Positions 47,735-58,118 of a stretch of DNA of 64,000 nucleotides are shown here, one piece after another (positions within the stretch are counted from its first letter, which is position 1; each line of letters begins with the position of its first letter). The DNA is from an uncultured delta proteobacterium (GTDB lineage Bacteria > Myxococcota_A > Polyangia > Polyangiales > JAFGIB01). The stretch covers positions 704,001 through 768,000 of the forward strand of contig CAVZVA010000010.1 in the NCBI GenBank assembly GCA_963778655.1, in the 5' to 3' direction. Made by a program: the position numbers and the translations under genes. Below the pieces are notes generated by a model. That model did no database searches, had not been told where the DNA came from, and worked only from the letters and a program-made list of their open reading frames with translations.

Positions 47735-48619
47735 CTAGCGGGCGCTGGCCGTCTGAGTCACGAAGTCGATCACGCGCTGCGACAGCCGCGCCGGATCGTC
47801 GATGTGCGGGCAGTGGCCGAAGCCTTCGGGCTGCTCGATCAGCGCGTGCACGGGCAAGTGCTTGCGGAAGTAGTCCAGGGAGCTCGCCGGCAACAGGCGC
47901 TCGGAACGGCCCCACAGCAACAGCACCGGCATGCTGAGCGCGCGCAGGCGCTCGGGCCCGGGCAAGTCGGCCTGGCGCGCGGACTGCAGCAGATCGGTTA
48001 CGACCCGGCGTTGCAAGGATTGCTTCAGCCCGGCGGCGAAGGCGGGCATGTAGATCGGCATGCGGTGATAGAGGCGCTCGAGCAAACGCCGGGCATCCTC
48101 GGTCGACTGCACGCGGAAGCTCTCGAGCAGGGCTTGCCATTCGGCGGCTTCCATCTGCGCGCCGGCAGGCGATACCAGCACCAGCCCGTGCACGCGCTGC
48201 GGGTGCTCGACCGCGTAGCGCAGCGCGAGCGCGCCGCCGAGCGAGTTGCCCACCAGCACCAGCGGCTCCGAGGAGAGCGGCTCCAACAGCTCGCACAGCG
48301 CGTCGAAGAACGCGCCGGCGGACATCGGGCCCTCGGGCGCGGCGCTGAAACCGTGTCCCGGTAGGTCGGGCGCCAGCACGCGCCGGGTGTGCCGGCGCAG
48401 GCGCGTGAGCACGCCCGCGAAGGGCGTGGCCGCCGAGCCGATGCCATGCAGCACCACCGTCGTTGGCAGCTCGCCTCGACCCGCGGCGTCGTATACGTGC
48501 AGTGTGGCGGCGCGAGTCGGCTGCGCGCGGCTCTCGAAGCCGCGCAGATTGAGGGCAAGCCGGCCCACTCGCTCCGCGACCGGCAATAGCCGAGCGCCCA
48601 TGTCCGGGAAGTTAAGCAT
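47735..48619 (-). CDS. Alpha/beta-fold hydrolase (lipase/esterase-like)
   Basis: LHGIGS, PDLPGHG, GNSLGG, GHCPH. Confidence 0.9.
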   Translation of the reverse strand: MLNFPDMGARLLPVAERVGRLALNLRGFESRAQPTRAATLHVYDAAGRGELPTTVVLHGIGSAATPFAGVLTRLRRHTRRVLAPDLPGHGFSAAPEGPMSAGAFFDALCELLEPLSSEPLVLVGNSLGGALALRYAVEHPQRVHGLVLVSPAGAQMEAAEWQALLESFRVQSTEDARRLLERLYHRMPIYMPAFAAGLKQSLQRRVVTDLLQSARQADLPGPERLRALSMPVLLLWGRSERLLPASSLDYFRKHLPVHALIEQPEGFGHCPHIDDPARLSQRVIDFVTQTASAR

Positions 48620-49886
48620 GGTTTGCCGGGCTGGGAAGGTAGGCCCGCAGGCAAGCCTCGAACTCCCGCACCAGCGGCTCGGGCGGAAGCTGCAGCGCCG
48701 CGTCGGTTTCGACCCCCAGCCGCAGCTCGCCGGCGTAGCCGAACAGCGTGAAGCTGATGCCGATCGCGCCCGAAGCCGGCGCGAACACCACCATCGAGCG
48801 CACCGCGTGCCCCATCAGGTGCACGCGCTCGGCGGGTCCCGGCACGTTGCTGAAGACCAGGCTCGCCTGCCGGGACAGCCGATCGACGGCGCGGTGCATC
48901 AAAGGCGGAGCGAGCAAGCCCGCGCCGGCCACCAAGGCAAGGGCGAGCCGGGTCTGGGTCGGGTCGCGCAGCTTGCGCGTCTCGGCCGCGACGCGCTCCA
49001 GCCGCCGCCACCGATCGGGCTCGTTAAGGGGCAGCTCGACGAACAGCGAGGCGAAGTGATTGCCGAGCTCGGAGTGGCCCAGTCCGCCGCCGAACGGGAC
49101 CAGCGCGCGCAGCGAGGCGGGCACGGGGGCGGCGGCTGCGCGCAGCCCGCTCGCCACGGCCGCCGCGGTCGCGCTCAGCAGCAGGTCGCTGGCGTGGCAA
49201 GCGCGCTGCGCGGCGAGGTCGGTGATGGACGCGAGGTCGAGCGCGGATGACCACGCCACGCGTTTGACTCCGCTGAGGCTGTGCAGTGCGGCGGCGCGAT
49301 CGGCTGGCGGCGTGGCGAAGCGCAGCAGGCTCGCCCCGAGCTGGCGCGCCCGAGCGCACGGGCCCGCAGGCGCGGGATGCGCGCGCGGGGCCGGCGGCGC
49401 CGGGGGCAGCTGGCGCGCCGGCGGCGGCGCATCCGCCAGCGCGCACAGCAGCGCCACCAGCGAAGCACCGTCCGCGATGCAATGGTGCACGCGAAACAGC
49501 AAGGCGCTGGCGCCGCCCGCGAGCGGCAGCAGCTCCAAGCTCCAGGGCGAGCGTGCAAACGAGAGCGGCTGCGACAGCCGCTGCGCGACCCGCTGCGCCA
49601 GGGCTGCTGGAGAGAGCGCGGGCTCGGGACCGGCGGCGTACACATGCTCGCTCAGGGCCGCACCGTGCTCGGCGCGCCAGCGCGGCCTGCGCGGGGCCAA
49701 GACCGATTCGACCACGGTGTGCGTGAAGCGCGGGTGCGACAGCAGACGCTGTGCGGCGAACTGCTGCAACACGGGCAGCGGCATCTCGTCGGCGAGCTGC
49801 AGCAACACGCCGATCTGCATCGGATTGCGCGCGGTGCTCATCCGAAAGCGGAGCGCATCTGCGGGCGTGAGAGCGGCGCCGTGCAT
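48612..49886 (-). CDS. Wax ester synthase/diacylglycerol acyltransferase (WS/DGAT)
   Basis: HHCIADG active site, NPMQIG, LGNHF, SNVPGP; start MHGAA at 49886. Confidence 0.85.
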   Translation of the reverse strand: MHGAALTPADALRFRMSTARNPMQIGVLLQLADEMPLPVLQQFAAQRLLSHPRFTHTVVESVLAPRRPRWRAEHGAALSEHVYAAGPEPALSPAALAQRVAQRLSQPLSFARSPWSLELLPLAGGASALLFRVHHCIADGASLVALLCALADAPPPARQLPPAPPAPRAHPAPAGPCARARQLGASLLRFATPPADRAAALHSLSGVKRVAWSSALDLASITDLAAQRACHASDLLLSATAAAVASGLRAAAAPVPASLRALVPFGGGLGHSELGNHFASLFVELPLNEPDRWRRLERVAAETRKLRDPTQTRLALALVAGAGLLAPPLMHRAVDRLSRQASLVFSNVPGPAERVHLMGHAVRSMVVFAPASGAIGISFTLFGYAGELRLGVETDAALQLPPEPLVREFEACLRAYLPSPANHA

Positions 49887-49998
49887 GCTTGCAAACGTAC
49901 GCGCGCGCCGGTGGCGTGCACGCGCGGCGGTTGCGCTCGGAGCGCGGGCATCGCCTGCGGCTGACCCGTCGCCGCCCCGCGGGCGCACTGTGTAGCGT

Positions 49999-51315
49999 AT
50001 GCTCATGCCGGCCGAGCCTGCGCGCGCGTTTCGAGCCTGGCTGCGCGTCCTTTCGGGGGGCGTGCTGAGCGGATGGCTCGCGCTTGCGGGCTGTTCCCGC
50101 TCCGGCCCGCCGGACGCCGGCCCGGCCATGGGCCCTGCGGTGGTGGGCACGCAGCTGGCGGACGCGGGCGTGCTCCCGGCGCAGGTGCGGCCGGATGGCG
50201 GCCCCGCGGCGCCCAGCACAGCGGACGCGGGCGGCGGGGCCGGCGCAGGCGCGGGGTCAGCGGCCGGCGCCGCGCCGGCACCCGCGGATGCCGCTGCGCC
50301 GGCTATGGACGCGGGCGCGCCGGCCATGGATGCGGGCCCGGGCGCGAGCGCGGACGCGGGCGGCGATGCCGGCGCCGGGGCCGGCGACGCGTGCGAGCGG
50401 CTCGACCCGGCGCAGCCGCCCCAGGCCCTGATGCTGAGCGGCAACCTCGGCACCCATGATCCCAGCATCATCGCGGCCGGCGGGCGTTATTACGTGTTCC
50501 AGACCGGGCCGGGCATTCCCACCAAGAGCTCGAGCGACCTGCTGAGCTGGAGCGCCGGGCCCGCCGTGTTCAGCAGCAATCCGGCGTGGATCGCGCAGCA
50601 GGTGCCGGGCGCGAGTGATCTGTGGGCGCCCGACATCTCGTTCTTCGGCGGCCAGTACCACCTGTACTACGCGGCCTCGACCTTCGGCAGCAATCACTCG
50701 TGCATCGGCCACGCCACGCGCACGAGCCTGAGCAGCGGAAGCTGGAGTGATCACGGCGCGGTGATCTGCTCCAACGCCTCCGGCCAGAACGACAATTGGA
50801 ACGCGATCGATCCGAACGCCGCGCTCGACCAGAGCGGCACGCCGTGGCTGGTGTTCGGCAGCTTCTGGAGCGGAATCAAGGCGGTGCGCCTCGACACGAG
50901 CGGCGCGCGCGCCGACGATCAGCTGCACGCGCTGGCCACACGCCAGAGCGCCAGCGGCGCGATCGAAGCGCCCTACGTGGTGCACCACTGCGGTTACTAC
51001 TACCTGTTCACCTCGTTCGACCAGTGCTGCAAGGGCGCCGACAGCACCTACAACATCCGGGTGGGGCGCGCGAGCTCGATCCTCGGGCCCTACGTTGACC
51101 GCGACGGCACCGCCATGTTGCAGGGCGGCGGCACGCTAGTGCTGCAGGGCGGCACGCGCTGGCGCGGGCCGGGCCACAACGCCGTGCTGCTGACCGACCA
51201 CGGCGCGTTCAACGTCTATCACTCGTACGACGCCAACAACGGCGGGCAGTCGGTTCTGCGCATCTCCGAGCTGGTCTGGGACGACCAGGGCTGGCCCGTC
51301 TCGGGCGGGCCGTAG
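49999..51315 (+). CDS. GH43 endo-1,5-alpha-L-arabinanase-like lipoprotein
   Basis: HDPS, WAPD, NAIDP, GSFWSG, IEAP, GPGHN; LAGC lipobox and DAG-rich linker. Confidence 0.9.
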   Translation: MLMPAEPARAFRAWLRVLSGGVLSGWLALAGCSRSGPPDAGPAMGPAVVGTQLADAGVLPAQVRPDGGPAAPSTADAGGGAGAGAGSAAGAAPAPADAAAPAMDAGAPAMDAGPGASADAGGDAGAGAGDACERLDPAQPPQALMLSGNLGTHDPSIIAAGGRYYVFQTGPGIPTKSSSDLLSWSAGPAVFSSNPAWIAQQVPGASDLWAPDISFFGGQYHLYYAASTFGSNHSCIGHATRTSLSSGSWSDHGAVICSNASGQNDNWNAIDPNAALDQSGTPWLVFGSFWSGIKAVRLDTSGARADDQLHALATRQSASGAIEAPYVVHHCGYYYLFTSFDQCCKGADSTYNIRVGRASSILGPYVDRDGTAMLQGGGTLVLQGGTRWRGPGHNAVLLTDHGAFNVYHSYDANNGGQSVLRISELVWDDQGWPVSGGP

Positions 51316-51433
51316 CAGCCGCGCGCCAGCCGGCCTTGCTCGCACCGCGCCGGCTGGCTGCTGGCCCTGGCATGCGCGATACTTGTGGCCTGGGTCCGTG
51401 CGCCGGGAGCGCGCAAGGGTGAGGTCGCAGCGG

Positions 51434-54400
51434 GTGCTGCTCTCGTTCGACGAATTCGAGCTCGACACCGGGCGCCGCGAGCTGCGCTGCCGTGGCGAGC
51501 GCGTCAGGGTCGACCCGCAGGTGGTGGACCTGCTGGCGTGCCTGGCCGCGCGCGCGGGCCAGATCGTCACCAACGAAGACCTGATCGCCGAGGTCTGGCA
51601 GGGGCGCGCGGTGGCCGACAACGTGGTCAGCGTGTCGATGGCCAAGCTGCGCAAGGCGCTCCGGGCGCGCGGCGGTGCCGAGCCCTACATCGTGAACGTG
51701 TACGGCCGCGGCTACCGCTTCGTGCGCGCGGCGCGCAGCCAGGCCGCTGCCGGCGGCGAAAGGCCGGCGCTGCCGCGCTGTCGGGATGGCGTGCGGCCCG
51801 TGCCGTTCGTGGGGCGAGACACGGTGCTCGAGCGGTTGCGCGCGGCGCTCGAGCGGGCCCGCGATGGCCAGGGCGGCCTGCTTTCGCTGATCGGCGAGCC
51901 GGGCATCGGCAAGACGTGTACGCTCGAAGCGCTGGAGCGCACGCAGCGGTCGCACGGCTCGGGCTTCGCTTGGGGCCGCGTGCGCGAGCTCGAGGGCGCG
52001 CCGCCGTTGTGGCCGCTGGTGCAGGTGCTGCGCGACGTGCTCGGCCGGGTCGGGCGCGAGCGCGCGCAGGCGCACCTGGGAGCGAGCTTCGCCGAGCTGG
52101 GCCGAGTGCTGCCCGAGCTCGGACCGGCGCCCCCCGAGGCCCACGGCCCGCAGGCCCGCCACCGCACCTACGACGCGTTGCTGCGCCTGCTCGCGCTGGC
52201 GGGCGAGGCCGAGCCCTGCGTGATCGTGCTCGACGATCTGCACGAAAGTGACGACGGCACGCTCGAGCTGCTTGCGTACCTCACGCCTGAGCTCTCGCGG
52301 CTGCCCCTGCTGGTGCTGGCCACGCTGCGCGCGGCCGAGCGCCCGCGCTCGGAGACCGCCGCCGCCCGGCTCGGCTACGTGCTCGGCCACCGCAACTGCG
52401 AGCGGATCGAGCTCGCGCGCTTGTCCGAAGGCGAGGTGAGCGCGTACACGGAGCAGGTGCTCGGCCGCGGCGAGCCGGGGCTCGGCCGTGCGGTGTTCGA
52501 GCGCAGCGAGGGCAATCCGTTCTTCATGGTCGAGCTGGTGCGAAGCGCAGCAGAGCACGACGGCGCGGAGCGCCTGGCGCTCACGCTGCCCGAGCCGGCG
52601 CTGGAGCTGATGCGGCAGCGGGTGCGCAAGCTCGACCTGCAGGCGCGCGGCCTGCTCTCGTGCGCGGCGGTGATCGGCCGCAGCTTCGACCTCGGCCTGC
52701 TGGGCGCGGTCACCGGCCAACCGCTCGGCGCGCTGCTCGAGCAGCTGGACGAGGCGCTGGCCGGCGACGTCTTGGTGGCCTCGAGCGAGGACCCCAACCG
52801 CTTCGCGTTCGGACACGAGCTGATGCGCGAGGTGCTGTGCGAGGCGCTGCCCCAGAGCGAGCAACGTAAGCTGCGGCTGCGCGTTGGTGAGGCGCTCGAG
52901 CAGCGAGGGCGGAGCGGGGCGCAGACCAGCGCCGCCGAGATCGCGCATCACTTTCTGGCCGCGCTGCCCGAGGGCGAGCTGCTGCGCGCGGTGCGCTACG
53001 CGCGGCAAGCCTCGGACGAGGCCAGCGCGGCGATCGCCTACGCGGACGCCGCGAGCTTGTTGCGGCGCGCGCTGTCGGCGCTCGAGCTCGCGCCGCAGCC
53101 GCAGCCGCGGTTACGCTGCGAGCTGCTGCTGCAGCTCTCGATCAACCTGCGCCCGTTCGACGTGCCAGGGGCGCTGTCGGCGCTCGAGCAAGGCGCCGCG
53201 ACCGCGCGCGAGCACCGCTTCGGCGACGTGCTCACGCGGGTTGGCGCGATCATGGCGCCGGCGCCCGGCGTGGTGACCGATCGCAACGCGGGGCAGGTGT
53301 TGCGGGACGCGCTGCGCTGCTTGCCGGCGAGCGAGATCGCCACGCGCGCGATCGCGCTCGCGCATCAGAGCTGGACCGGGCCGTACTGCTTCGACCGCGA
53401 GCAGAGCGCGCGCCCGGCCGGCGAAGCGCTGGCTTGCGCGCAGGCCGCAAGCGAGCCCGGCGCGCTTGCCAATGCGCTGTGGGCGCAGCTCTATCTGGGC
53501 GGCGGCCCACAGCGGCCCGCAGCCCAGACCGAACGGCTGGTCTCCGAGCTGCAGCGCGTGAGCGCGCGCGAGCCGCACCACGCGCGCGTGCGCACCGGCT
53601 ACGAGCTGGGCATGTTCCAGATGATCTATGCGACGCAGCGCGGCGACCGCGCCGGCTTCGAGCGCGCGCTCGCGGCGCTCGATGCCACGGTGCAGCAGTT
53701 CGGCTTCACCGAGCTCAAGTGGCATCACCGCCGCATGCAGCTGGCGGCGCGCATGAACCGCGGCGAGCTGGCGGACGCCTATCCAGAGCTGCAGGCGCTG
53801 CACCGCGACGCCGAGCGCTACGGGTTCTTCGCGCACGAGATGATCTGCGGCCACGACCTGTTGGTGTGGGCGCTCGACAGCGTGGTCATCGACCCGGTGC
53901 CCGACGCGGCGCTGATCCCGGCGCGACCCGATCCGAACGACCCGCCCAACGTGCTGGCGCTCAAGCTGCGCACACACCTGGACCTCGGGCAGCCCGAGGT
54001 CGCGCGCGCGATCCTCGCGGACTTCAGCGCGCGCGGGATCGAGCGCCTGCCCTGCGACCGCGACTATCTGGGCACGCTCGGCCACCTGGCCGCCGCGGCC
54101 GCGGCGCTGGGCGAGCGGCCCGCGGCACAGGCGCTGCACGACTTGCTGGCGCCGTATGCCGAGTACTTCGCTACGGACGTCTCGCTGCACTGCCGCGGCT
54201 CGATCGCGCACTTTCTGGGCGTGCTGGCGCGCGCGCTCGGGCGGCTGCCCGAGGCCGTCGCGCGCTTCGAGCACGCGGTCGCCCGCAACGACGCCTTCGG
54301 GCTGCGCCTGCGCGCGGCCGACAGTCGTTACGAGCTGGCCGTGAGCCTGAGCGAGCTGGGCGGCGCGGACGCGCTGCACCGCGCAGCCGAGCGCTGCGCC

Positions 54401-54493
54401 GAGGCGACTGCTGCGGCGCGCACCCTCGGCATGCGGCCGCTGCTCGCGCGCGCCGAGCGCCTCGCCGCGCGCCTGAGGGCCAGCACGCCCTGA
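51434..54493 (+). CDS. Large regulator: OmpR-type winged helix + AAA ATPase + helical repeats
   Basis: LIAEVW...KLRKAL...VYGRGYRF; FVGRD, GEPGIGKT, LDDLH, SEGNPFF. Confidence 0.88.
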   Translation: MLLSFDEFELDTGRRELRCRGERVRVDPQVVDLLACLAARAGQIVTNEDLIAEVWQGRAVADNVVSVSMAKLRKALRARGGAEPYIVNVYGRGYRFVRAARSQAAAGGERPALPRCRDGVRPVPFVGRDTVLERLRAALERARDGQGGLLSLIGEPGIGKTCTLEALERTQRSHGSGFAWGRVRELEGAPPLWPLVQVLRDVLGRVGRERAQAHLGASFAELGRVLPELGPAPPEAHGPQARHRTYDALLRLLALAGEAEPCVIVLDDLHESDDGTLELLAYLTPELSRLPLLVLATLRAAERPRSETAAARLGYVLGHRNCERIELARLSEGEVSAYTEQVLGRGEPGLGRAVFERSEGNPFFMVELVRSAAEHDGAERLALTLPEPALELMRQRVRKLDLQARGLLSCAAVIGRSFDLGLLGAVTGQPLGALLEQLDEALAGDVLVASSEDPNRFAFGHELMREVLCEALPQSEQRKLRLRVGEALEQRGRSGAQTSAAEIAHHFLAALPEGELLRAVRYARQASDEASAAIAYADAASLLRRALSALELAPQPQPRLRCELLLQLSINLRPFDVPGALSALEQGAATAREHRFGDVLTRVGAIMAPAPGVVTDRNAGQVLRDALRCLPASEIATRAIALAHQSWTGPYCFDREQSARPAGEALACAQAASEPGALANALWAQLYLGGGPQRPAAQTERLVSELQRVSAREPHHARVRTGYELGMFQMIYATQRGDRAGFERALAALDATVQQFGFTELKWHHRRMQLAARMNRGELADAYPELQALHRDAERYGFFAHEMICGHDLLVWALDSVVIDPVPDAALIPARPDPNDPPNVLALKLRTHLDLGQPEVARAILADFSARGIERLPCDRDYLGTLGHLAAAAAALGERPAAQALHDLLAPYAEYFATDVSLHCRGSIAHFLGVLARALGRLPEAVARFEHAVARNDAFGLRLRAADSRYELAVSLSELGGADALHRAAERCAEATAAARTLGMRPLLARAERLAARLRASTP

Positions 54494-54506
54494 CGCTCGT
54501 GCCGAT

Positions 54507-54539
54507 GGGGCGGGAGGGGCGCGTGCCCCTCCCGGTTAC
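54507..54539 (-). repeat. REP-like family I, copy D (between convergent genes)
   Basis: Minus strand GTAAC-CGGGAGGGGC-ACGC-GCCCCTCCCG-CCCC, hairpin identical to copy A. Confidence 0.85.
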
Positions 54540-55655
54540 CTACTGCATGCAGCAGCCGCTGCTGGCTTTCTGGGCGATGCAGTTGTCCTTCATCAGCTGC
54601 CACACCGCCTTGGCCATGGCCGCCGAGCCCATCGAGTTCTCGTGCACGTCGAGCGCCGCGAAGTACTCCGGATGGCCGTCGAAGATCGGGATCAGATCGA
54701 GGAAGTGGCAGCGCAGCTTGCCGCCGCTCTTCTGCTCGGCTCCGTCACAGGACGCCTTGGTCATCGGTAGCGCGTAGTCGAGCATCGCGTTGGGATGATC
54801 GCCGCCCAGCGCAGTGCCGTCCGGCACGTGCGGATAGAACAGATAGACCACGTCGCTCACGCCCGAGTCAGCCATGTGCATCATCAACTGTTCCGCCGCG
54901 GCGATCGCGGTCTGTACCACCATCTGACACGCGGGCATCGAGGCGGAGTCCAGGCTGTTCTTGCACGCATCGCTGCCCGGAAACATGAGCGTGTCGGGGA
55001 TCAGAATGTCATTGCCGCCGCCGTCCATCACCACCGCCTTGATGTCGGGGTTCGCCGCCAGCGCCTGATCGAACTGAGGCGGGATCAGCCCGATGCCGCC
55101 GCTGCCCATCGAGTAGCCACCGACCGCGTACATCGGCCAGGTCTCGCCCGCTTCGTTGGCCAGATCTTGACCGAAGGTGTGGGTGGCCCAGTTGATGTAC
55201 GAGTCGCCCATCACGATCACCTGGTTGGCGTTGGTGGTGCAGGGCGGCATGACCACGGGGCCGCCGCTCGCGCCCGCGGCGCCCGAGCCCGCGCTGCCCA
55301 TGACACTGCCGCTGCCCGCGCTGCCGCTGCCCGCGTTGCCGCTGCCCATACCCGCGCCCGCCGCTGCCATGCCCGCAGAGCCGACGCCGCCCGTCCCCGG
55401 GTTGGCGGGGCTGCCCGCGCCGCCCACGCCCGAAACGCCGGTGCCGGGGCTGGCCGCTCCAGTCCCACCCGTGCCGCCCGTGTTCCCGGCGGGCACGCCG
55501 GTCCCGTTCAAATCGGTCGTGCCCCCGGTTCCGGTCGCTCCCGCGCCCGGCGCGCCGTTGTTCGGCGTGCCGCCGCCCCCATTGTTGGCAGCCGAGCACG
55601 CGGCCACTGCAAAGGCCCCGGCCACGACGGAAACTCGCAATAAATACTGTATCAT
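54540..55655 (-). CDS. SGNH/GDSL hydrolase lipoprotein
   Basis: VAAC lipobox, Gly-rich linker, MGDSY, DGGGND, DVH. Confidence 0.82.
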   Translation of the reverse strand: MIQYLLRVSVVAGAFAVAACSAANNGGGGTPNNGAPGAGATGTGGTTDLNGTGVPAGNTGGTGGTGAASPGTGVSGVGGAGSPANPGTGGVGSAGMAAAGAGMGSGNAGSGSAGSGSVMGSAGSGAAGASGGPVVMPPCTTNANQVIVMGDSYINWATHTFGQDLANEAGETWPMYAVGGYSMGSGGIGLIPPQFDQALAANPDIKAVVMDGGGNDILIPDTLMFPGSDACKNSLDSASMPACQMVVQTAIAAAEQLMMHMADSGVSDVVYLFYPHVPDGTALGGDHPNAMLDYALPMTKASCDGAEQKSGGKLRCHFLDLIPIFDGHPEYFAALDVHENSMGSAAMAKAVWQLMKDNCIAQKASSGCCMQ

Positions 55656-55787
55656 ACCAACCCTCTTCGAAAGCGCCGCGGGCTTCGCGGCAGACTTCGC
55701 CGCTCGCGGCCCGACCCTGTTTGGCGACCGCACACCTGCTCGGCCTCACCCTCTCTCACAGGGTAGGAAGCAGCCGCTGGGCTGTCT

Positions 55788-55814
55788 CGCTAACAACCGC
55801 TAACAAGCGCTAAT
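55788..55814. promoter_or_regulatory. Helically phased direct repeat (10-bp period) in a divergent intergenic region
   Basis: CGCTAACAAC CGCTAACAAG CGCTAAT. Confidence 0.45.
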
Positions 55815-55943
55815 CCCGGACCCTGGCGGCCTCGGCTTTGCGCCCGCGCTTGACTTTGCGCCTGCGAAAGGGGACGCCAGGCGCCGGAGCATGGGCGAGC
55901 GCTTCGACGGACTGTACTGGGAAGCGAGCGTGCACCTGCTGCG

Positions 55944-56864
55944 ATGAGCGCGGAGTCGCGGCGCGAAGCGAAGGCCCAACGGGCGTGGCGGGCGGCGTGG
56001 CTCACGGCGACCGCCCTCGGGCTCGGGCTGACCGCCGGGCACGCGCGCGCGCAGTGGACCGAGCGCGTGCAGGTGGCGCACGCCGCGTATGCGGCCGCCA
56101 GCGCGCCCAGCGCGCTGGTGCATGCGGGCGCCGCGTTCGACCCGCACGCGCCGCTGCGGCTGGTGGTGTACCTGCACGGGCTGATGGGCTGCGCCGAGGT
56201 GTTGATGGGCGAGGGCAGCGTGGCGTGCCGGCCCGGCTACCGGCCGCTGCGCGGCTGGAACCTGGCGCGCGCGCACGACGACGCGGGTGACGGCAGCCTG
56301 TTCGTGATTCCGCAGCTCGCGTTCATGCGCCGCGACGGCAGGCCTGGGTGCTTCGGCCGCACGGGCTGCTTTCGCGCGTTCCTGCGCGAGCTGCTGCGGG
56401 CGCTGCCGGCCGCGCGCCTGGGCGGGCGCAAGACACTGCGCGACGTGGCGTCGATCACGTTGGTCGCGCACAGCGCCGGCTATCACGCGGCCGCCGCGAT
56501 CGTGAGCCGTGGCGGGGTGGGCGCGCTGGTGCACGACGTGGTGCTGTTCGACGCGCTGTATGGCGAGACCGATACCTTCCTGCGCTGGATCCGCGGCGCG
56601 CCCGCGGGCGCGCACCTGCTCTCGCTCGAAACCGGCGTCGGCTTGCCGGCACGGCACAGCGCGACGCTGCTGCGCGCCGCGCGCCGCCACTTCGGCGCCG
56701 CGCGCGTCGGCAAGCTCGACGCACAGATCGACGGCGCAGGCCTGCGCGAAGCGCTGCAACCCTTACGCGTCGCGATCGCACGCGTGAAGGTCCCGCACCG
56801 CCAGGTGCCCGCGGCCTACCTGGCGATCGTGCTGCGCGCCTTGCTGCAACCCGCACCGCCCTAG
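55944..56864 (+). CDS. Exported hypothetical protein, alpha/beta-hydrolase-like
   Basis: Signal peptide; VVYLHG, AHSAG, LFDALYG. Confidence 0.65.
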   Translation: MSAESRREAKAQRAWRAAWLTATALGLGLTAGHARAQWTERVQVAHAAYAAASAPSALVHAGAAFDPHAPLRLVVYLHGLMGCAEVLMGEGSVACRPGYRPLRGWNLARAHDDAGDGSLFVIPQLAFMRRDGRPGCFGRTGCFRAFLRELLRALPAARLGGRKTLRDVASITLVAHSAGYHAAAAIVSRGGVGALVHDVVLFDALYGETDTFLRWIRGAPAGAHLLSLETGVGLPARHSATLLRAARRHFGAARVGKLDAQIDGAGLREALQPLRVAIARVKVPHRQVPAAYLAIVLRALLQPAPP

Positions 56865-56866
56865 GA

Positions 56867-58062
56867 GGGGACGGTCCATGGATCTTTGGATCTTGCGATT
56901 GCTCGATGGGCTTGGTAGAGGGGACCGATGCCGCGAACGGCTCGGGTTGGCTACGCCGGAAGCGTGCTGCACGTGATCAGCCGCTTCGCGGGCGGTCGTT
57001 GGGAGCTGGACAAGCGGGGGGGCCGTGTTCGGTATCTGGAGTTGGTGGGGCGCGCGGTTGAGCGGACGGATGCTCGTGTTCTGGCGTACTGCCTGATGAG
57101 CAACCACGTTCACCTGGTTGTCGTACGAGGGCATGAGCCGCTGGAACGGCTGGTGAAACCAGTGCACACAGGCTTTGCGGGATGGGTGAACGGGGGGCGA
57201 CGCAAGGCGCAGGGCCCTGTGTTCGCGGGTCGGCCGCGGATGGTTCTCGTGGAGGAGGAGGCGTACCTGCTGGAGCTGGTTCGGTACGTGCACAACAATC
57301 CCGTGCGCGCCGGGGTGGTGCAATGGTCCCGGCAGAGCGACTGGTCGAGTCACGGAGCCTATGTCGGCACGCGGGAGGCGCCGGAGTGGCTATCTCTAGG
57401 CTACGTGCTTGACCGGTTCGGCAAGCAGGCGCGGCCTCGCGCGCAGCGTTTCGAGGATTTCGTGAATGAAGGTCGGGGCGAAGGGCGTCGAGCGGACCTG
57501 TCGGGGGATGGTTCGTCGGACGCCATCTCGAAGGCTCGGGCGGCTGTTGGGGACGGCTTCTATGTGAGCGATGGGATTCTGGGCAGCGAGGAGTTCGCGC
57601 GGAAGGTTCAGCGGGACGTGAAGCGAGTGCAGCAAACGCTGGCTGCGGCATGGGTGGACCGGGGCCAGGGCCATCGCGAACGTCCCATGCTGTCGGCGGT
57701 GATCGACGAGGTTTGCGGGATGCTCGGTCTCGAGCCATGGGCGTTCGAGTCGCAGCCGAAGCGTCGCAGCCCCGCCCAAGCTCGTCGGCTAATCACGTGG
57801 TTGTGGGTGCATCACTACGGTGGGAAGCAGGTGGAAGTGGCGCGTGCGTTGAAAGCGAGCACGGGAACGGTAGCGAGTTGGTACGGTTTGGCGGTAGCAA
57901 ACGCGGCGGAGATGGACGAGCAAGGATCCGCGATCATCCAGGCGCTCGCGCGACGGCGCCAGCGGAAGGCGGCTGCAAAGACGCCGCAAGCGCTCCGGTT
58001 TCACGTCGACGTGGACGAGTAATCGAAATAAACGATGATCCGAGGATCCGTGGACCGTCCCC
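56867..58062 (+). mobile_element. RAYT/IS200-like element bracketed by 26-bp imperfect inverted repeats
   Basis: GGGGACGGTCCATGGATCTTTGGATC (56867-56892) vs GATCCGAGGATCCGTGGACCGTCCCC (58037-58062), 23/26 complementary. Confidence 0.75.
56928..58022 (+). CDS. HUH Y1 tyrosine transposase (RAYT-like) with C-terminal DnaA-domain-IV-like HTH
   Basis: MPRTAR, HVISR, YCLMSNHVHL (HUH), RYVHNNPVRAG, WSS; codon usage visibly differs from neighbours. Confidence 0.9.
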   Translation: MPRTARVGYAGSVLHVISRFAGGRWELDKRGGRVRYLELVGRAVERTDARVLAYCLMSNHVHLVVVRGHEPLERLVKPVHTGFAGWVNGGRRKAQGPVFAGRPRMVLVEEEAYLLELVRYVHNNPVRAGVVQWSRQSDWSSHGAYVGTREAPEWLSLGYVLDRFGKQARPRAQRFEDFVNEGRGEGRRADLSGDGSSDAISKARAAVGDGFYVSDGILGSEEFARKVQRDVKRVQQTLAAAWVDRGQGHRERPMLSAVIDEVCGMLGLEPWAFESQPKRRSPAQARRLITWLWVHHYGGKQVEVARALKASTGTVASWYGLAVANAAEMDEQGSAIIQALARRRQRKAAAKTPQALRFHVDVDE

Positions 58063-58118
58063 CAGTCCGCCGTCGTCCCCCAGTCCGCCGAATCCGTGGA
58101 CCGTCCCCCAGTCCGCCG
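58056..58118. repeat. Three 17-bp direct repeats at the right end of the element
   Basis: CGTCCCCCAGTCCGCCG at 58056, 58074, 58102. Confidence 0.9.
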
